DNA of 48,377 bases from Azolla caroliniana (taxonomy: Eukaryota; Plantae; Polypodiophyta). Each line of letters opens with the position of its first letter. Positions within the stretch are counted from its first letter, which is position 1. Positions 12,353 to 24,800 of the stretch are shown piece by piece. Both the position numbers and the translations under genes were made by a program. The stretch is taken from the NCBI GenBank assembly GCA_043228905.1, contig JBHGNT010000227.1, positions 1 to 48,377 on the forward strand, written 5' to 3'. A model generated the notes under the pieces. It was not told the DNA's origin, made no database searches, and was given only the letters and a program-made list of their open reading frames with translations.

Positions 12353-13974
12353 TGATGTGATGTGGATAGTTGTGCTTTTGCTTGGTGATATTTGGTATCT
12401 CGATCATCAAGGTCACATCAAGTCTCTCTATTAAGAAGCTTTGTCTTGAATGCACAGAAATTGGTTCACCGAGTTAAACCTCTCTGGAGCAAGAGGAATT
12501 TGACTCAACTGGTGAATAGCAGTGTTCATCAGTGCAACTTGATTTAAAAATGCCTTTAGTGAGCTTTAAACATGGCTTGGATACTGGCCTTCCTTCCAAG
12601 AGACCATTGACATTTTTCTTCACTTGAATAGGTCAGCATCGTGTATGAGTGTCAGTCTGATCCATACATTGCTGTAAAATTTTGACTAAAATAAACTTCT
12701 AAAATAGATATGTATAAGAAGAGTTCCAAGTAACTCTTAACCCAGGCCTCTGAAAGCACTACCAGATATAGCAATGGTACCATATAAAGCAAGAACAAAA
12801 TTCTTAATGTAGTAGGTACAGACTTAAAATTTTAAAGGAGTCAGCCGAGTAACACAAGTTTTAAAATTAATTTTATTCTGGCACTATAACCATGTGCTTG
12901 TGCAGCAACTCTGATTCGAAACTATTGTTATTTCAGAAATTTTAGGATTAAATGATTGGGATGGCAGGTATACTATCAGCACACATTCCATTAGGTATGA
13001 AATAGATGGTTTAAATGGTTGTGATCCAAAAAGAAGTCTAGAGAATTGTCTTTTAGATGATGACTTTTTATTATGCTAATGATGACTAAACAACCAAGAT
13101 TCTGGTAGTATTATTTTACGATTATGGATGATTGTGTTATGAATAATGTTCTGGGAATCACACATTCCTTGCATGTATTGTTTTTACGATTATGGAAATC
13201 ACACCCCCTTTGCATTTAGGCTCATATACTCATAGATTCTACGGGGTAAGATGTTTACAAATGATAAGTTTTGCAGTCCTAGCTAAAATAACATTTAATA
13301 AATCAATCTTTTGGATCCAATGTGGATGATATAACTAGCATTATATCATGTCAATCCAAGTATGGTCTCGATAGATTAGACCCATTCAGCTAAGCTTTTA
13401 TTTTTCCTACCGATCCAATCCTGTGGGGTCATGCAAAATGAATGAGTTGTAATTTGTCTTCATCTCTAAATAGGAGAGTTTTCTTTTTCATTAACTTTTA
13501 CGCTCACAACCATCCATATGAGGATATGGAACATTTGTAAGAGACTCATTTCTAGTTACAAACAAATTGTCTTATACCTTGCATTGTATCAGCATGCATA
13601 ATGGAAACTTTCTACAATTTGAAGTGGCTCATTGAGAGTCTTCACAATCATGGCTTTGTTTTTTGACATGTTGCCAATCAATTCTCTATGCATGAAAAGT
13701 TCTCTAAAACATTCATAAGCTTTTATGCATCTTATAAAGATGATTTTATAAAATCATGTATCATTTGTGTATAATAAAGCAGGATGACTACATTCCTAAG
13801 AGTAACCTCTTTAATTACTTATTGTTGTACAAACTCAATAGTGATCTGTTCCAAAATCATCAATGTGTAGCAGAAAGAGAGTTGGTGAGAGTGGACATGT
13901 TTGCTTAACAACAATAGTGGCAGGGGAAATATTTGAGATTATTACATCCATTGTACACACATGACTACACAATC

Positions 13975-14208
13975 GTCATAAATGTGTGAAATCACTAGAT
14001 ATTTGCTTGATACTACTGAGAAATCGTCTCCAAACATACTCCATGGCATCATCTAAAAATAAGTCAACAAGGTAACAATATATTCTTTTAATTGTCATAA
14101 ATGTGCGAAATCACTAGTTGATATTTGCTTGATACTACTGAGAAGTCTCCAAACATACTCCATGGCATCATCTAAAAATAAGTCAACAAGATAACAATAC
14201 ATTCTTTT
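13975..14208. repeat. Tandem duplication of about 120 bp
   Basis: GTCATAAATGTG(T/C)GAAATCACTAG...CTCCAAACATACTCCATGGCATCATCTAAAAATAAGTCAACAAG occurs twice, at about 13975 and 14094. Confidence 0.85.
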
Positions 14209-14583
14209 ACTTTTCAAATAACTTTCCTATATTAGATTTGAAGAGTGGTATAGTGATCAATGAAATTATGATGTTCATGGAAAGATCCATGCCTTTTCTC
14301 TTTTTGTTCAGTTTAACCTATGCAACTAGCTCTGATTCATTTAGATATCCAAATTAAAATTTCCATTTTGACGATCAACCATGATTGACAGACTATTGTT
14401 TATATTGTTTATATCTCCCTCTTCGGTTTGATCCAACTTTGTAAGCTTTTGCTATACATATATGTGCAAAGATATAATGAGAACAAATTTCATCTTTAGA
14501 GAACATCATATGACTTGAGAAATGTTTCATCATAATTTATCCTCGTTTTTGAGAATACTATTATAGAGATTAAAATTGTGCCT

Positions 14584-17500
14584 TTAATTTGGCTGGTCTT
14601 CAATTGCCACTGGTACTGTTTTTACCTGCCATGAACATCCCAATGATGATCAAATTGTCTAAAAAGTTATGTTGAAAGTGCTTTGAAACACTATAAAAAA
14701 ACCATCAATATATTTTACCAAATTTCTGTATTTCAAGATGTAGAACATCTCAAGATATCGACGTGCTTCGAGCCTTCCGAGCTTTGATACATACTTCCAA
14801 AACCCGTACACCCTGGTCAATGTCATGAGACGTTCTGCGTATATTTTCCATGTGTACCTGTTGGTTCTCGGGCGTCATTCCATTACAGATCTCAAACATA
14901 AAATCATTATATAAGAAGTCAATGGCTGTGGTATGATGAACATGCTTTATATCCCTCAGTTTTTGCATATTCACCTACTAGATAGCGCCCTGAGATCTTA
15001 GCAAAAAATACCCAAGTGTTTTCAAATTACCAAGGCTACTCGTAGTTCTGGCATTGATAGATTCTTGTATATTTTCCTAAATAACCGTCCGATCTTTACC
15101 CAAACTACCCCTTATGTTTTATTATTACCAACGCTACCTTCAGTAGTTGTAGCATAATAAACATGGCAATATACCTTAACTTCCTATATATTTACCGAGA
15201 TACCCCTTGCATAAAAAATTATTGAGGTAATTAGCAATCAATGACCATACTATTAATCAGTAATTATGGGCAAACTTGCTAGTTTACCTTTCATAGATTC
15301 TTTCCAATGAGGCTTTCGAAATAGTGTTCCAATAACTCGGATCAACCTTACATTTTGTAAAGAACAGTGTAACCGTTGCACTTGATTCTACACCATTATA
15401 TGGGTCGATATGGAAGCCAGAGACACCATCCACAATGATCTCAGCTGGCCCGCCATGACAAGTTGCAAAAGTGGGAAGTCCGCATGCCATCGCCTCAACA
15501 ACAGTCAGCCCAAATCCCTCGTACAAGGCAGGCTGTACGATTTCCCAAACCCATGTACCCCATGATCATTTTTATCAAAGCAAATGAACATTCCAGGCAT
15601 ATTTGCAAATTCATAGTAACCACTTGAAGTGCATTTCGGGAAAAGCTGCAAAATAACCCCCAACCTTTGGTTTTTCCCAAATGCCCTTTTGTTAACCTCC
15701 AAGGGGATGAATAGACCATACAATAGCAGATATAATCTCTCTTTCCGGAGGGCTAAGAAAGGGCAGTTTTGGGAAAATAGTGGAAATTTAATGGGCTTGG
15801 GGGAAGGGAAGGGTATTTCAGAGTTTTGCTGAGTTTTGGTGAACAAAAGGGCATTGTCCACATCACCACATGCACTTTGATTTATCGAAATCATGTAAGT
15901 TTTTTCACATATTTGAATTTCTAGACAGCTTACCTGAATGAATGCACCCCTCGTATCGGCAATGTAGCGATATAACTCCCCATTCCTCACTCGGTTCTTT
16001 TGTGTACATATCCATCTAAACTGACCAAATAGGTTGTATTCTTCAATAATGCTATGCATTGTCTCGATTTCTTTCGCTTCTTCCCTGTCTTTGGACTTAC
16101 TTGGGTTTCTGTCCCCCCCTACAACAACCAGATTCACCATCTGGCGCAGCTTCACATTCTCACTAAACCACCGAACCAATCCAATTAAGTTCTTTACACG
16201 GTCCAACCATGCCATAGTAAAGATTATTGGTTTTGAATGGTCTTCTAGGAACCCTCTATGCAAAAAACCAATTATATAAGATGCATTGCAAGAACCTTCA
16301 TAGATAGATACATCCATCCTCCATTCATATGCATCCATCTACAGATACATAAATCCACATTCATACATCCATGCATAGATCCATACAATGATGAATGCAT
16401 CCACATACGTACATCATATATCCATATATATACATTGATAGATGCACACATACATATGCTCAAGTATACATCCATGCATGTGTATTTGTGCCTATGTACA
16501 CATATATACATATGCATACATACATATGTGTTTTATGCATATATAAGGGGGGGGGGGGGGGGGGGGGGAGAGAGAGAGAGAGAGAGACAAGTGTTGATCG
16601 GTTTGATTGGGACTATATATGAGGTCTTCAATGTCTACATGAAGAGCTTTTAATCGCCTCTTCTCATCAGAATAAGGGAAGAATATATTTGTGTCCACTC
16701 CGGGTGAAACTATATTGAACTTTGGATCGAAAACATCAATGCCATTAATGACACGATAGCATCCTGGTAGAGTGAATGCCATATGACTCTCGTATTGGCC
16801 AACAGTGTCTTTACTGCCCAAAACACATTATCTGATATTAATTATTTTCAAAATTTGAAGAAGCAAGTGGAACTAAAGTCTTTCTGATCTTCTAAAAGGT
16901 TCACAGAAACAAAGACCTTTTTTCCCAACCTTCCAGCAATCTCTTGATAGGTGCTTGTTACTATGAAGTCAGCATGATTCATGGCTATAATATCAGCAGT
17001 AAATTGGCATGAGAAATGATATTTCTCTTCAAACTCTTTCCAATATATATCGGAGTCTGGATATTTTGTTTTCTCCAAAGTGTGTGCAATGTTGCACTGA
17101 AGCAAACAAAAACAAAAAAATTGTTTTTACATTCCACAATTGACAAAAACAGTTGGAAAAGAAAAGAGAATGGGGCACAACGTACTTGAGTGATGCCAAG
17201 TTTCTGAGCAATCAAAGATGCAACCAAATTTCCATCGCTATAATTTCCTATTATCAATTCAGGTGGACCATTGAGTTCCCCACATATCTCACTTGTTGCA
17301 TCCTACACAGATGCAACAATCTTTAGTGAAAATGGATTAACTCAGAGGATCTTTTGAGACATATAATGTGAAAAATGGATATAACTAAGCAAGCCCATCG
17401 ACCTTTAGCAGTCAATATACCAAGTAAGATGTGGAGTTACGATATTACCTTTAGAAAGAGCATATTATGTAAAAAGTGGATATAATTGAGGCCACCTTCA

Positions 17501-20500
17501 GTGACAACATATTATATAACATGTGGATTTAGAATACCATCTTTACAGACAACACATTGTGTAAGAAATGTATTAAAGAAAAATACAAGCATTGAAAATC
17601 TATACCTCAGCAAATCGCTCCAAATAAGGCCAAATAACAAACCGAGATTTCCATCCTCGCAATACACCTTTGTCAGTGCGGAATGGAACCCTCAATATCT
17701 TTGAAAATTGGGTGCCACTTATTTTCTCGAGGCGTTGGTTACATTGCGTCCCCTCTGCATCTGGAATCAGTCGTGTTACCTTCACAAATTGATCCAATAG
17801 CCTCAAAACCATAATTATCCAGAAAAACTCTCAAAAAGATCTGATAAGATGCAATGATAAGACATACCACAAGAATTTTAGGCTCCATATGAAGCCCTTG
17901 TTTCTTAATGTTCTCGAGCATCTCATTTTCCAGTGCGCGAACTTGATCCAAAATATAAACCACCTAAAATACAATACATCGAAACTCTAGGAATGCATTG
18001 CAAATTCAGGAAATTTACCATTAATACCCTCATTTTTCATGATATTCCTAAACCATCCCTCATATGTTTACGAACGTCTCAATTTACCTCTCTTTGCAAA
18101 ATATATATATAGAGAGAGAGAGTATTATGGAATTCCTGGATACAAAGAGGGATATTTTGGTATCCCATCCCTATTATGGTGCTTTCTAACCTGTCCACCT
18201 GTATCTGGTAAGCCAAGAACATTGGCCTGTCCAAAATATCCATGGGGTGAGAATATCACCACATTGAAAACCATAGGTATCCTTCCCAAAAAATTCTCCA
18301 GAGTAGCTGGATCTGGTGCTTGAAGAATCTCAAGGAGTAAATGTATCATGTCTAGTGCACATTTGGCAGTGTTTCCCCATCCCTTCTCAAGTCCCAGCTC
18401 TTGAAGTCTGAAAATATGGAATAAGAGAGACTTCTTAAAATGTGGATAATACATAATGTGCTAAAGCACAACTTAAAGCATTTTCTTTTATACATCAAAA
18501 TAATAGACTTTCCATAAATCATCGGTTCTGAATTGAACAATATGACCTTAAACATGATGGTGCAGTGGTAATGCTTGTACTTTGCGACATTAAAGTTGTG
18601 GATTCAAGTCTTGAGCAATGGATTCAAAGTTTTTCCATTATAAACTCTTTTAGTAACTCTAGATTGAAGATTACACAAAGCATTACTCTTCTGAAGAGTT
18701 GGTATAATACCTGTGACCAAACTCCATATACATTGTATCCTCTGGAAGCCGAAGTAGTACCTCCTCTGCTTTAAGCAATGAAGACCTTAGATCTGCTACA
18801 TTTGGAATGCGTTCATTCAGCATCAATGTCTGCAAGAATCAAGGAAAGGCATAATTTTAGATCATTCTAGGACAATCCCACTGATTAGGGAACAGGATTG
18901 ATGATTTGGAATCTAGCATATCTGGAATATCAAAACTCAAATTATTCTTTTCTTCGGAGTGTATATTTAGTGTCTACAAATCAAGAAATTTGTAGTGATA
19001 ATTTTATGTGTTCATCATCCTGAACTATTATATACCAATGCATATTTTATTAATCTCTTTCATTAACTACGAAGAATTGGGAGATTCTGATCATTATCTA
19101 AAATGGTAGTATCATCGGATGAATATTCATTCACATGAGCGAAATTAACTTTGCATAAAGTGAGTGAAACAAGTGTATAATTACCTGCCCTTGGTATTTG
19201 TGTGTCTTTAGAAAGTCAAGAAGCGGTCGCATGCTTTCTATATCGCCGAAAAGCCGAGAGCATAGATGTCGATTCAAAAACTGGACTCCATTTCCAATGG
19301 ATGATGGGCGGGTTAACCGTGGAAAATTTGCATTAAATGGTCCAAAATCTAGTTCCAGTACATAAGGATCATTGACCCTGTTTTCAATAGTAGTAGCATA
19401 CACAAATTAAGAAAACGGGTTTTGTCTTTTAGGCTCATGTAAAACATCATGATAGTGTTTCACTGAGTTATCAAAGCCTTGAAAAGAATGTACATGTTCT
19501 GTAACACTGCATGCATTTTGCTGCTCATTCAGAAACACGCTTTCATCAACATGAGCTAACTTAGTTTCTAGTCTCTTATCCACCGAACCCCTGTGCCACA
19601 AATGGTATACCTTCATGCATTGAATCATTATCAAACTTGATGTAAATTTTTTTTCTAAAAGACATGATTTGTCTTAAGAGGTAGATTTTTACATACTGCT
19701 CATTGACGAGAAGCTCTTTGAATGCTAGGTACTCCGAGACAGAAAGTTCGTCAAGCATTAGCTCATCCACATTAACTCTAACATATTCCCATACACCTGG
19801 GTTCGGTCGAATTGCCAACACGACCCAAGGTGGATACACAATTGCTTCCTGTTTTAAATATCGTGAGAATTTCAAATATTAGAATGTTGAACCAATACCT
19901 ACAATATGTCAAGCGCAGTTTACTACATGTAAAATCCTCTATATATAATGCACATTCAAAAACCTAATGCAAAAAGCCCTCATTTCTAACTTTTCCATGG
20001 ATTTAATGTACCCTTCAGCACCCAAATTAATTAAAAAAACACTCATTTGTAAATTTTCCATGGATTAAATATACATGGATATAATTAGGAAGCTCAAAAT
20101 CTAGAATCGATCAAGTCAACAATGGAATAACACTCATTAAGGAAGAAATTCAACAATTAGAATAAATTACGTCAACATCTAGCAATGTCCTGATGGATAA
20201 GATTAAGTTCACAATGGACTGACATTTATTAATGACGGTAGCAATGGATAAACTTACAAGGAAGATGTTCAAAATTTAGAGTTAACCAACTTTGATAGGT
20301 ATGGATTAATATTTAATCAATGCATATCAATTTTGAGAATCAATGCATAAAGTCAGCATTTACAATCAATCAAGTCAGGATTGATGGAGTTCAAATTTGA
20401 GAATCAATAGTCACAGGGAAAAAGGTTATGGCCTTTACTCAAAGGTAGCAATGGATTCCCACCTAATCAATGTCGAAATGAATTAACACTGATATGGATG

Positions 20501-21451
20501 AAATTCAACACTAAAACTGGCGGCAATGAAGTTCAATGATTAGAATCAGTGAACTCAGGGAGTGCTGGATTAGGTATTGATCTAGATGGTGATGGATCAA
20601 CCCTGACAAGGAACAACTTCAACACTTAAATTACATAGAAATTAGCGATATATTAACACTTGCAATGAATAAGTTCCATATTTAGAATCGATGAAATGCA
20701 GCACATACTTGAAACTTACAAGGCAGACGCTTGATATTTAGAATCAATCAAGATGGCAATGAATTCAAACTTGTACAAGGAAGAAATTTCCAAATGTAGA
20801 ACAATACATATGTCAAGAATATGTTAAAAACCTTTAAAGAATCCATCAGGATAGCAATGACATTTACATAGAAAAACATTCACCACTTATCAATGTATGG
20901 AAGGAGTTTTCAACATTTAGAAACAAATCAACGGTAGCAATGGATTAGAAAACTTGAAATGAGGACAAGCATTAATCAAGATCAAGGTGTAATTAGCAAT
21001 GCATTAATACTTCAGATAAGTAAGTATTTTCCGGCGTGTAGGAGTTGAACCATGATCAAGGTATAATAAGAGAAGGATTAATTAAAGGGGAGGAAATACC
21101 TGGGCAGCCTGGAGAATCAGCGAGAAATCTTCTTGAACAAGAACGCCATCATAATCACGTATAAGTGTTTGGAGCTCTGAGAGGATCTCATGTGGTTGCA
21201 ATATGCATCGACCGCAGGAGACATACCTATGTCAAAAGAATAAATTAAAAAATCGAGATAAAAAGTCCAGGATGAAGAACACAGCATAGAAAAACCATCA
21301 AGCAAATGATGGGAGGGAGAGAGAGGAGATACTTTGAGAAGAGCGACACAAGCTCATTTTTGTGATCACTTAAGCAACCCTGCACTCTGTCTCTCATACT
21401 AGGTAACCTAGTTAAGACGGGTTCACTTCGCATAGCTGAGGAATTCATCAT
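14584..21451 (-). CDS. SUS: Sucrose synthase (GT4), 15 coding exons, about 817 aa; open frame but carries an active-site Arg->Trp substitution
   Basis: Exons (- strand): 21451-21333, 21226-21100, 19848-19697, 19377-19185, 18829-18711, 18407-18191, 17963-17868, 17779-17606, 17302-17186, 17096-16930, 16813-16589, 16255-15934, 15532-15288, 14857-14719 and 14625-14584. Internal exon sizes (127, 152, 193, 119, 217, 96, 174, 117, 167, 225, 322, 245, 139) match the canonical plant SUS layout. Motifs: [10 protein letters not shown] phospho-site, [93 protein letters not shown] and RRYLEMFY. Confidence 0.95.
16300..16588. repeat. Low-complexity ATACATCC-like repeats, poly-G and (GA)n in SUS intron 11
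   Basis: Repeated atacat/ccat words, a run of about 22 G from 16547, then (GA)n up to the splice donor at 16588. Confidence 0.7.
20050..21050. repeat. Highly degenerate tandem repeat filling SUS intron 2
   Basis: The words TTAGAATCAAT, TAGCAATGGAT, AAGTTCAA and AAACTTACAAGG recur throughout the intron. Confidence 0.5.
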
Positions 21452-21693
21452 AGGTCTTTCTTACTGTCTTGGTCTTTCTCTCTTTCTTCAACCGCTACTT
21501 CTCTGCGTGCAGCTTAGGTTTCCAAGGTCTGCGGAAGTGTCCTGCTGGTGCTAAAGAAATCATTTTCCTTACCATGGAGGCTCTGTGATGGTATTAGGGT
21601 TTGTCGCAGAAGCGCAGAGAAGAAGCGTAGAAAGAATGTATTGGGGTTTAGGGTTTCTCGATTATTCTGCGGTTGGGCCAACAGCCAGTTCTC

Positions 21694-21726
21694 CACGTGT
21701 CACGGCCTCTCTCTTCGCCACGTGGC
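21694..21726. promoter_or_regulatory. Paired G-box/ABRE elements upstream of SUS
   Basis: CACGTG(TC) at 21694-21699 and the perfect palindrome GCCACGTGGC at 21717-21726, about 240-275 bp upstream of the SUS ATG. Confidence 0.55.
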
Positions 21727-21746
21727 AGGCAAAACTGTCTTGAAAG

Positions 21747-21846
21747 GGCTCTCGGACACACAAGAACACGCAATGCCCGGGCTTCTCGGACACACACAAT
21801 GTCCAGGCTTCTCGGACGCCAGCAATGTCCGGGCTTCTTGGACACC
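21747..21846. repeat. Four short GC-rich direct repeats (GGGCTTCTCGGACAC...CAATG)
   Basis: gggctctcggacac, gggcttctcggacac, aggcttctcggacgc and gggcttcttggacac at spacings of about 26-33 bp. Confidence 0.7.
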
Positions 21847-21934
21847 ATAGGTGGCCCCGCTCGGTCGTGTTGCATCATTAGCCTTGGAAACTTGCACCTC
21901 GTTTGATGGGAATTGTATGTGTCATTGATAGGAA

Positions 21935-22170
21935 TCAGCAAACCGTTCTGTTTCAACTTAACTGTTAAGCCTTAACTAGTTTGGGAGTTTCCAAACTTAA
22001 TTGGTTTAGCCAAGCCGATTAAGCCTTAATCGGTTCAGTTCGGTTTCAGCCATCCCAAACCGAGCTCATACCGGTTAAGGAAGCTCAAGCCTAAATTGAA
22101 CCAAACCAAACCGCCAAACCGTTTGGAAACGGTTTTAACGGTTCAGTTCAAGCTTGAGCCAAACCATTGC
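21935..22170. mobile_element. Possible DNA-transposon (hAT/MITE-like) subterminal AACCG/CGGTT array
   Basis: Dense AAACCG, CGGTT and GAACC motifs in both orientations. No TIR or TSD could be identified. Confidence 0.35.
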
Positions 22171-24396
22171 CGATTCATACGTGTCGATTCACCTGTCATG
22201 CGTAAGAAATGGGTTTCCACCCACTTCATTTTATGGGTGGACCCCATTCACATGTTATTGCATATTTATAGGATGTTTTAAGATGCACAAGTTTATATCT
22301 ACGAGGCTTTATATAGGAATTCCCCCATTAATTCTATCTCCTCGATAACACGATTTGAGAGAATGTTCCTTACCTTAATCTTTGATACTTGAAAAGGATC
22401 AAGTAGTTAAAAATAGACGGTATTTTTATATTGGTTTAGCATTGAGATTTGAGACAACAATGTGTAATTCGTAATGTTATAAGAAGAATTAGATGCCAAC
22501 TCAAGTTGAACAAATCGAACAACAAAATTATACAAAATGAGGATACAGTCTTTAGCCAAAAATCAAATGTGTAATGCAAAGCGAATTAAAATCTCATAGC
22601 AATGTCATAATATATAACCATGCACATTCACAATGTTGGTTTAAAACGTTATGACCATGTGGATGGAATGATGGAAATCTAAAAATCCTACATTTGTTCT
22701 TTGATACCTTTAATAAATTTATATTGTTGAACTCCTTTGTAAAGAAATAAGTTTACATCAATGCCATATTTAATATCACAAATTACTTCATTCTTCATGA
22801 TATCAAGTTTTATCCTCACATGTGAGAAAGTCGTACAAGTTGTGCTATATATTTTCAAGCCTGATTTAAATGAATACAAAGTCAACTGCTATTTTAACCA
22901 TTGTTGAAGATGACATATTGGACAAAGCTTTGTTTCCATTTCAAAGGACTTAGATGTTGTCTCCAGAGAGACAATATGCAATGAATCTCCCATCAAAATT
23001 AAAAGCTGATAGTGGTCAACAAAGAAAAGGTCGGAGCTTCTTTATTAAAAGGGAGAAAACAAAGTAAATCATTACTAACTTATAAGGAGTAAGAGATACC
23101 CTTTCAAGATATCGAGAGGGTTGAAAGGTTTTTGATTTATGATTAGCATGACAATGTTGTTATTGACACCTTGATAAAAAACAATTTATTTATTTTCAAA
23201 AAAAAACTCCTTCCATTAGTAATTTAGTTATAAAATTTTACAGATGGGAATCATATATACAAATCCCAGTGGGGACGCGATAGTTCCATCATATGTGGAG
23301 GCCCCACTGACTCAAGAAAGGGAGACGACGACCATTGTTGGATGAAAGGCTAATCATTGTCTTTCGAATCCATCTGTGAGGATAATAAATACATAAAACA
23401 ATATTATTATTGATATGTTTAGTGTTGGAAACATTAAATAATGTCTAAAGTTATAAGTTATAACTAATGGAAGGAGTTTTGTTTTTGGAAAATAAATAAA
23501 TAAATAGTGTCTAAAGTGTTATATGTGCAACTCACACAAAGAGCCTTCAAACAAAGGGCCATATAACCCAAGGCAATATGTTGCCTATACTTTCCTATTG
23601 TCCCATAAAAATAGATAAAATGATGCACATTGATTGGAATCATAGATTGACATATTCGCATTCGTGGGGAATACGAATACATGTAAATGTATTCATTTTC
23701 TTCTTCTTTTTTGAAAAAAAACTTGTTTTGTTTGGAAAAAAAAACTGTGCAAGGAAGTGAACAACGAGCAGCAAGCAAGGAGCCTCACCTTGTTCCCTAT
23801 GCGTGCTTACACCCTCGCCTCCTTCTGCATCCTGTTCTCAGCCATTAAAATAGGGTTTCGGCTAAAACCCTAATTTCGATCATATTTGTTCTTTTCGGTT
23901 TGCATCCTCGCCTCCCTCTCATGCTCTATGTAAATCCTACATCCTGTTCTTGGCTGCAAACTCAGGGTTTCATTGAAACCCTAAGTTTAGTCGAAACCCG
24001 AATTAATTAATTATTAATGTATTAATTGATTATTAATATTTTTCAATGAGTTAATTTAATTTTTAATTAATTAAGTAATGTATTAGCAAATTGATTAAAG
24101 TATCAATAAATTAATTCATTATTAGTAAATTGATTAATTATTAATGTATTAGTAAATTAATTATTGTCTTAATGATTTAATTAATGTTTTAGGGAATTAT
24201 TATTTTTAGTGAATTAAATCATTTTTATTATATAAATTTAAAATGAATGGTTTTATAATATTCTTGGGGTATTTATTCATTCTTGAATATTACGAATATC
24301 ACGAATGCCAAAATTTCATGAATATCACAAATGGGTCAATTTATGATTGTAATGAATGGAACCAAAGGAAGAATTTATAAGTTCTGAAAGACCATA

Positions 24397-24434
<38 letters not shown>

Positions 24435-24439
24435 AGATT

Positions 24440-24554
24440 GATGTAGCTCAGTTGGTAAGGTTGCCCAATAGAGACCAAGTGGTCATGGGTTTGAATTTGG
24501 GTTTCGAACCCAAGACACAATGCTTGTAGTGTTATCGACTTACCACTAGGGTAA
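24440..24554. mobile_element. tRNA-derived SINE-like unit 1 (two convergent tRNA-like heads) embedded in (GA)n
   Basis: The + strand has A-box TAGCTCAGTTGG (24444) and B-box-like GGGTTTGAAT (24487). The - strand has TTACCCTAGTGGTAAG ... GGGTTCGAAACCC (24554->24499). Confidence 0.65.
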
Positions 24555-24558
24555 AGCT

Positions 24559-24619
<61 letters not shown>

Positions 24620-24623
<4 letters not shown>

Positions 24624-24800
24624 TCTTAGTTGGTAAGGTTGCCCAATGGAGACCAGATGGTCATGGGTTCAACCCCTACATTCCACAATGGCATCTAGAG
24701 AAATAAGAGTATATGAAGTATATAATAAAGAGGCGAGGGAATTGGGTTTAGAACCCATGACGCAGTGCTTGTAGTGTTACCAACTTACCACTAGGGTAAG
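24620..24800. mobile_element. tRNA-derived SINE-like unit 2 (paralog of unit 1)
   Basis: The + head is TTAGTTGGTAAGGTTGCCCAATGGAGACC...GGGTTCAACCCC. The - head is TTACCCTAGTGGTAAG...GGGTTCTAAACCC (24799->24744). The unit is flanked by (GA)n. Confidence 0.65.

Noticed and set aside
16207-16209. U-to-C RNA editing could restore Arg from TGG
   Set aside because: U-to-C editing in ferns and hornworts is an organellar process, and this is a nuclear spliceosomal gene.
21747-21846. Repeat-spacer pattern reminiscent of CRISPR
   Set aside because: The repeats are short and degenerate, the spacers are related and only about 12-18 bp, the context is eukaryotic, and there are no cas genes.
24440-24500. 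Possible tRNA gene
   Set aside because: A- and B-box-like words are present, but I could not fold acceptor and anticodon stems. Diverged copies in (GA)n point to a SINE-like origin.
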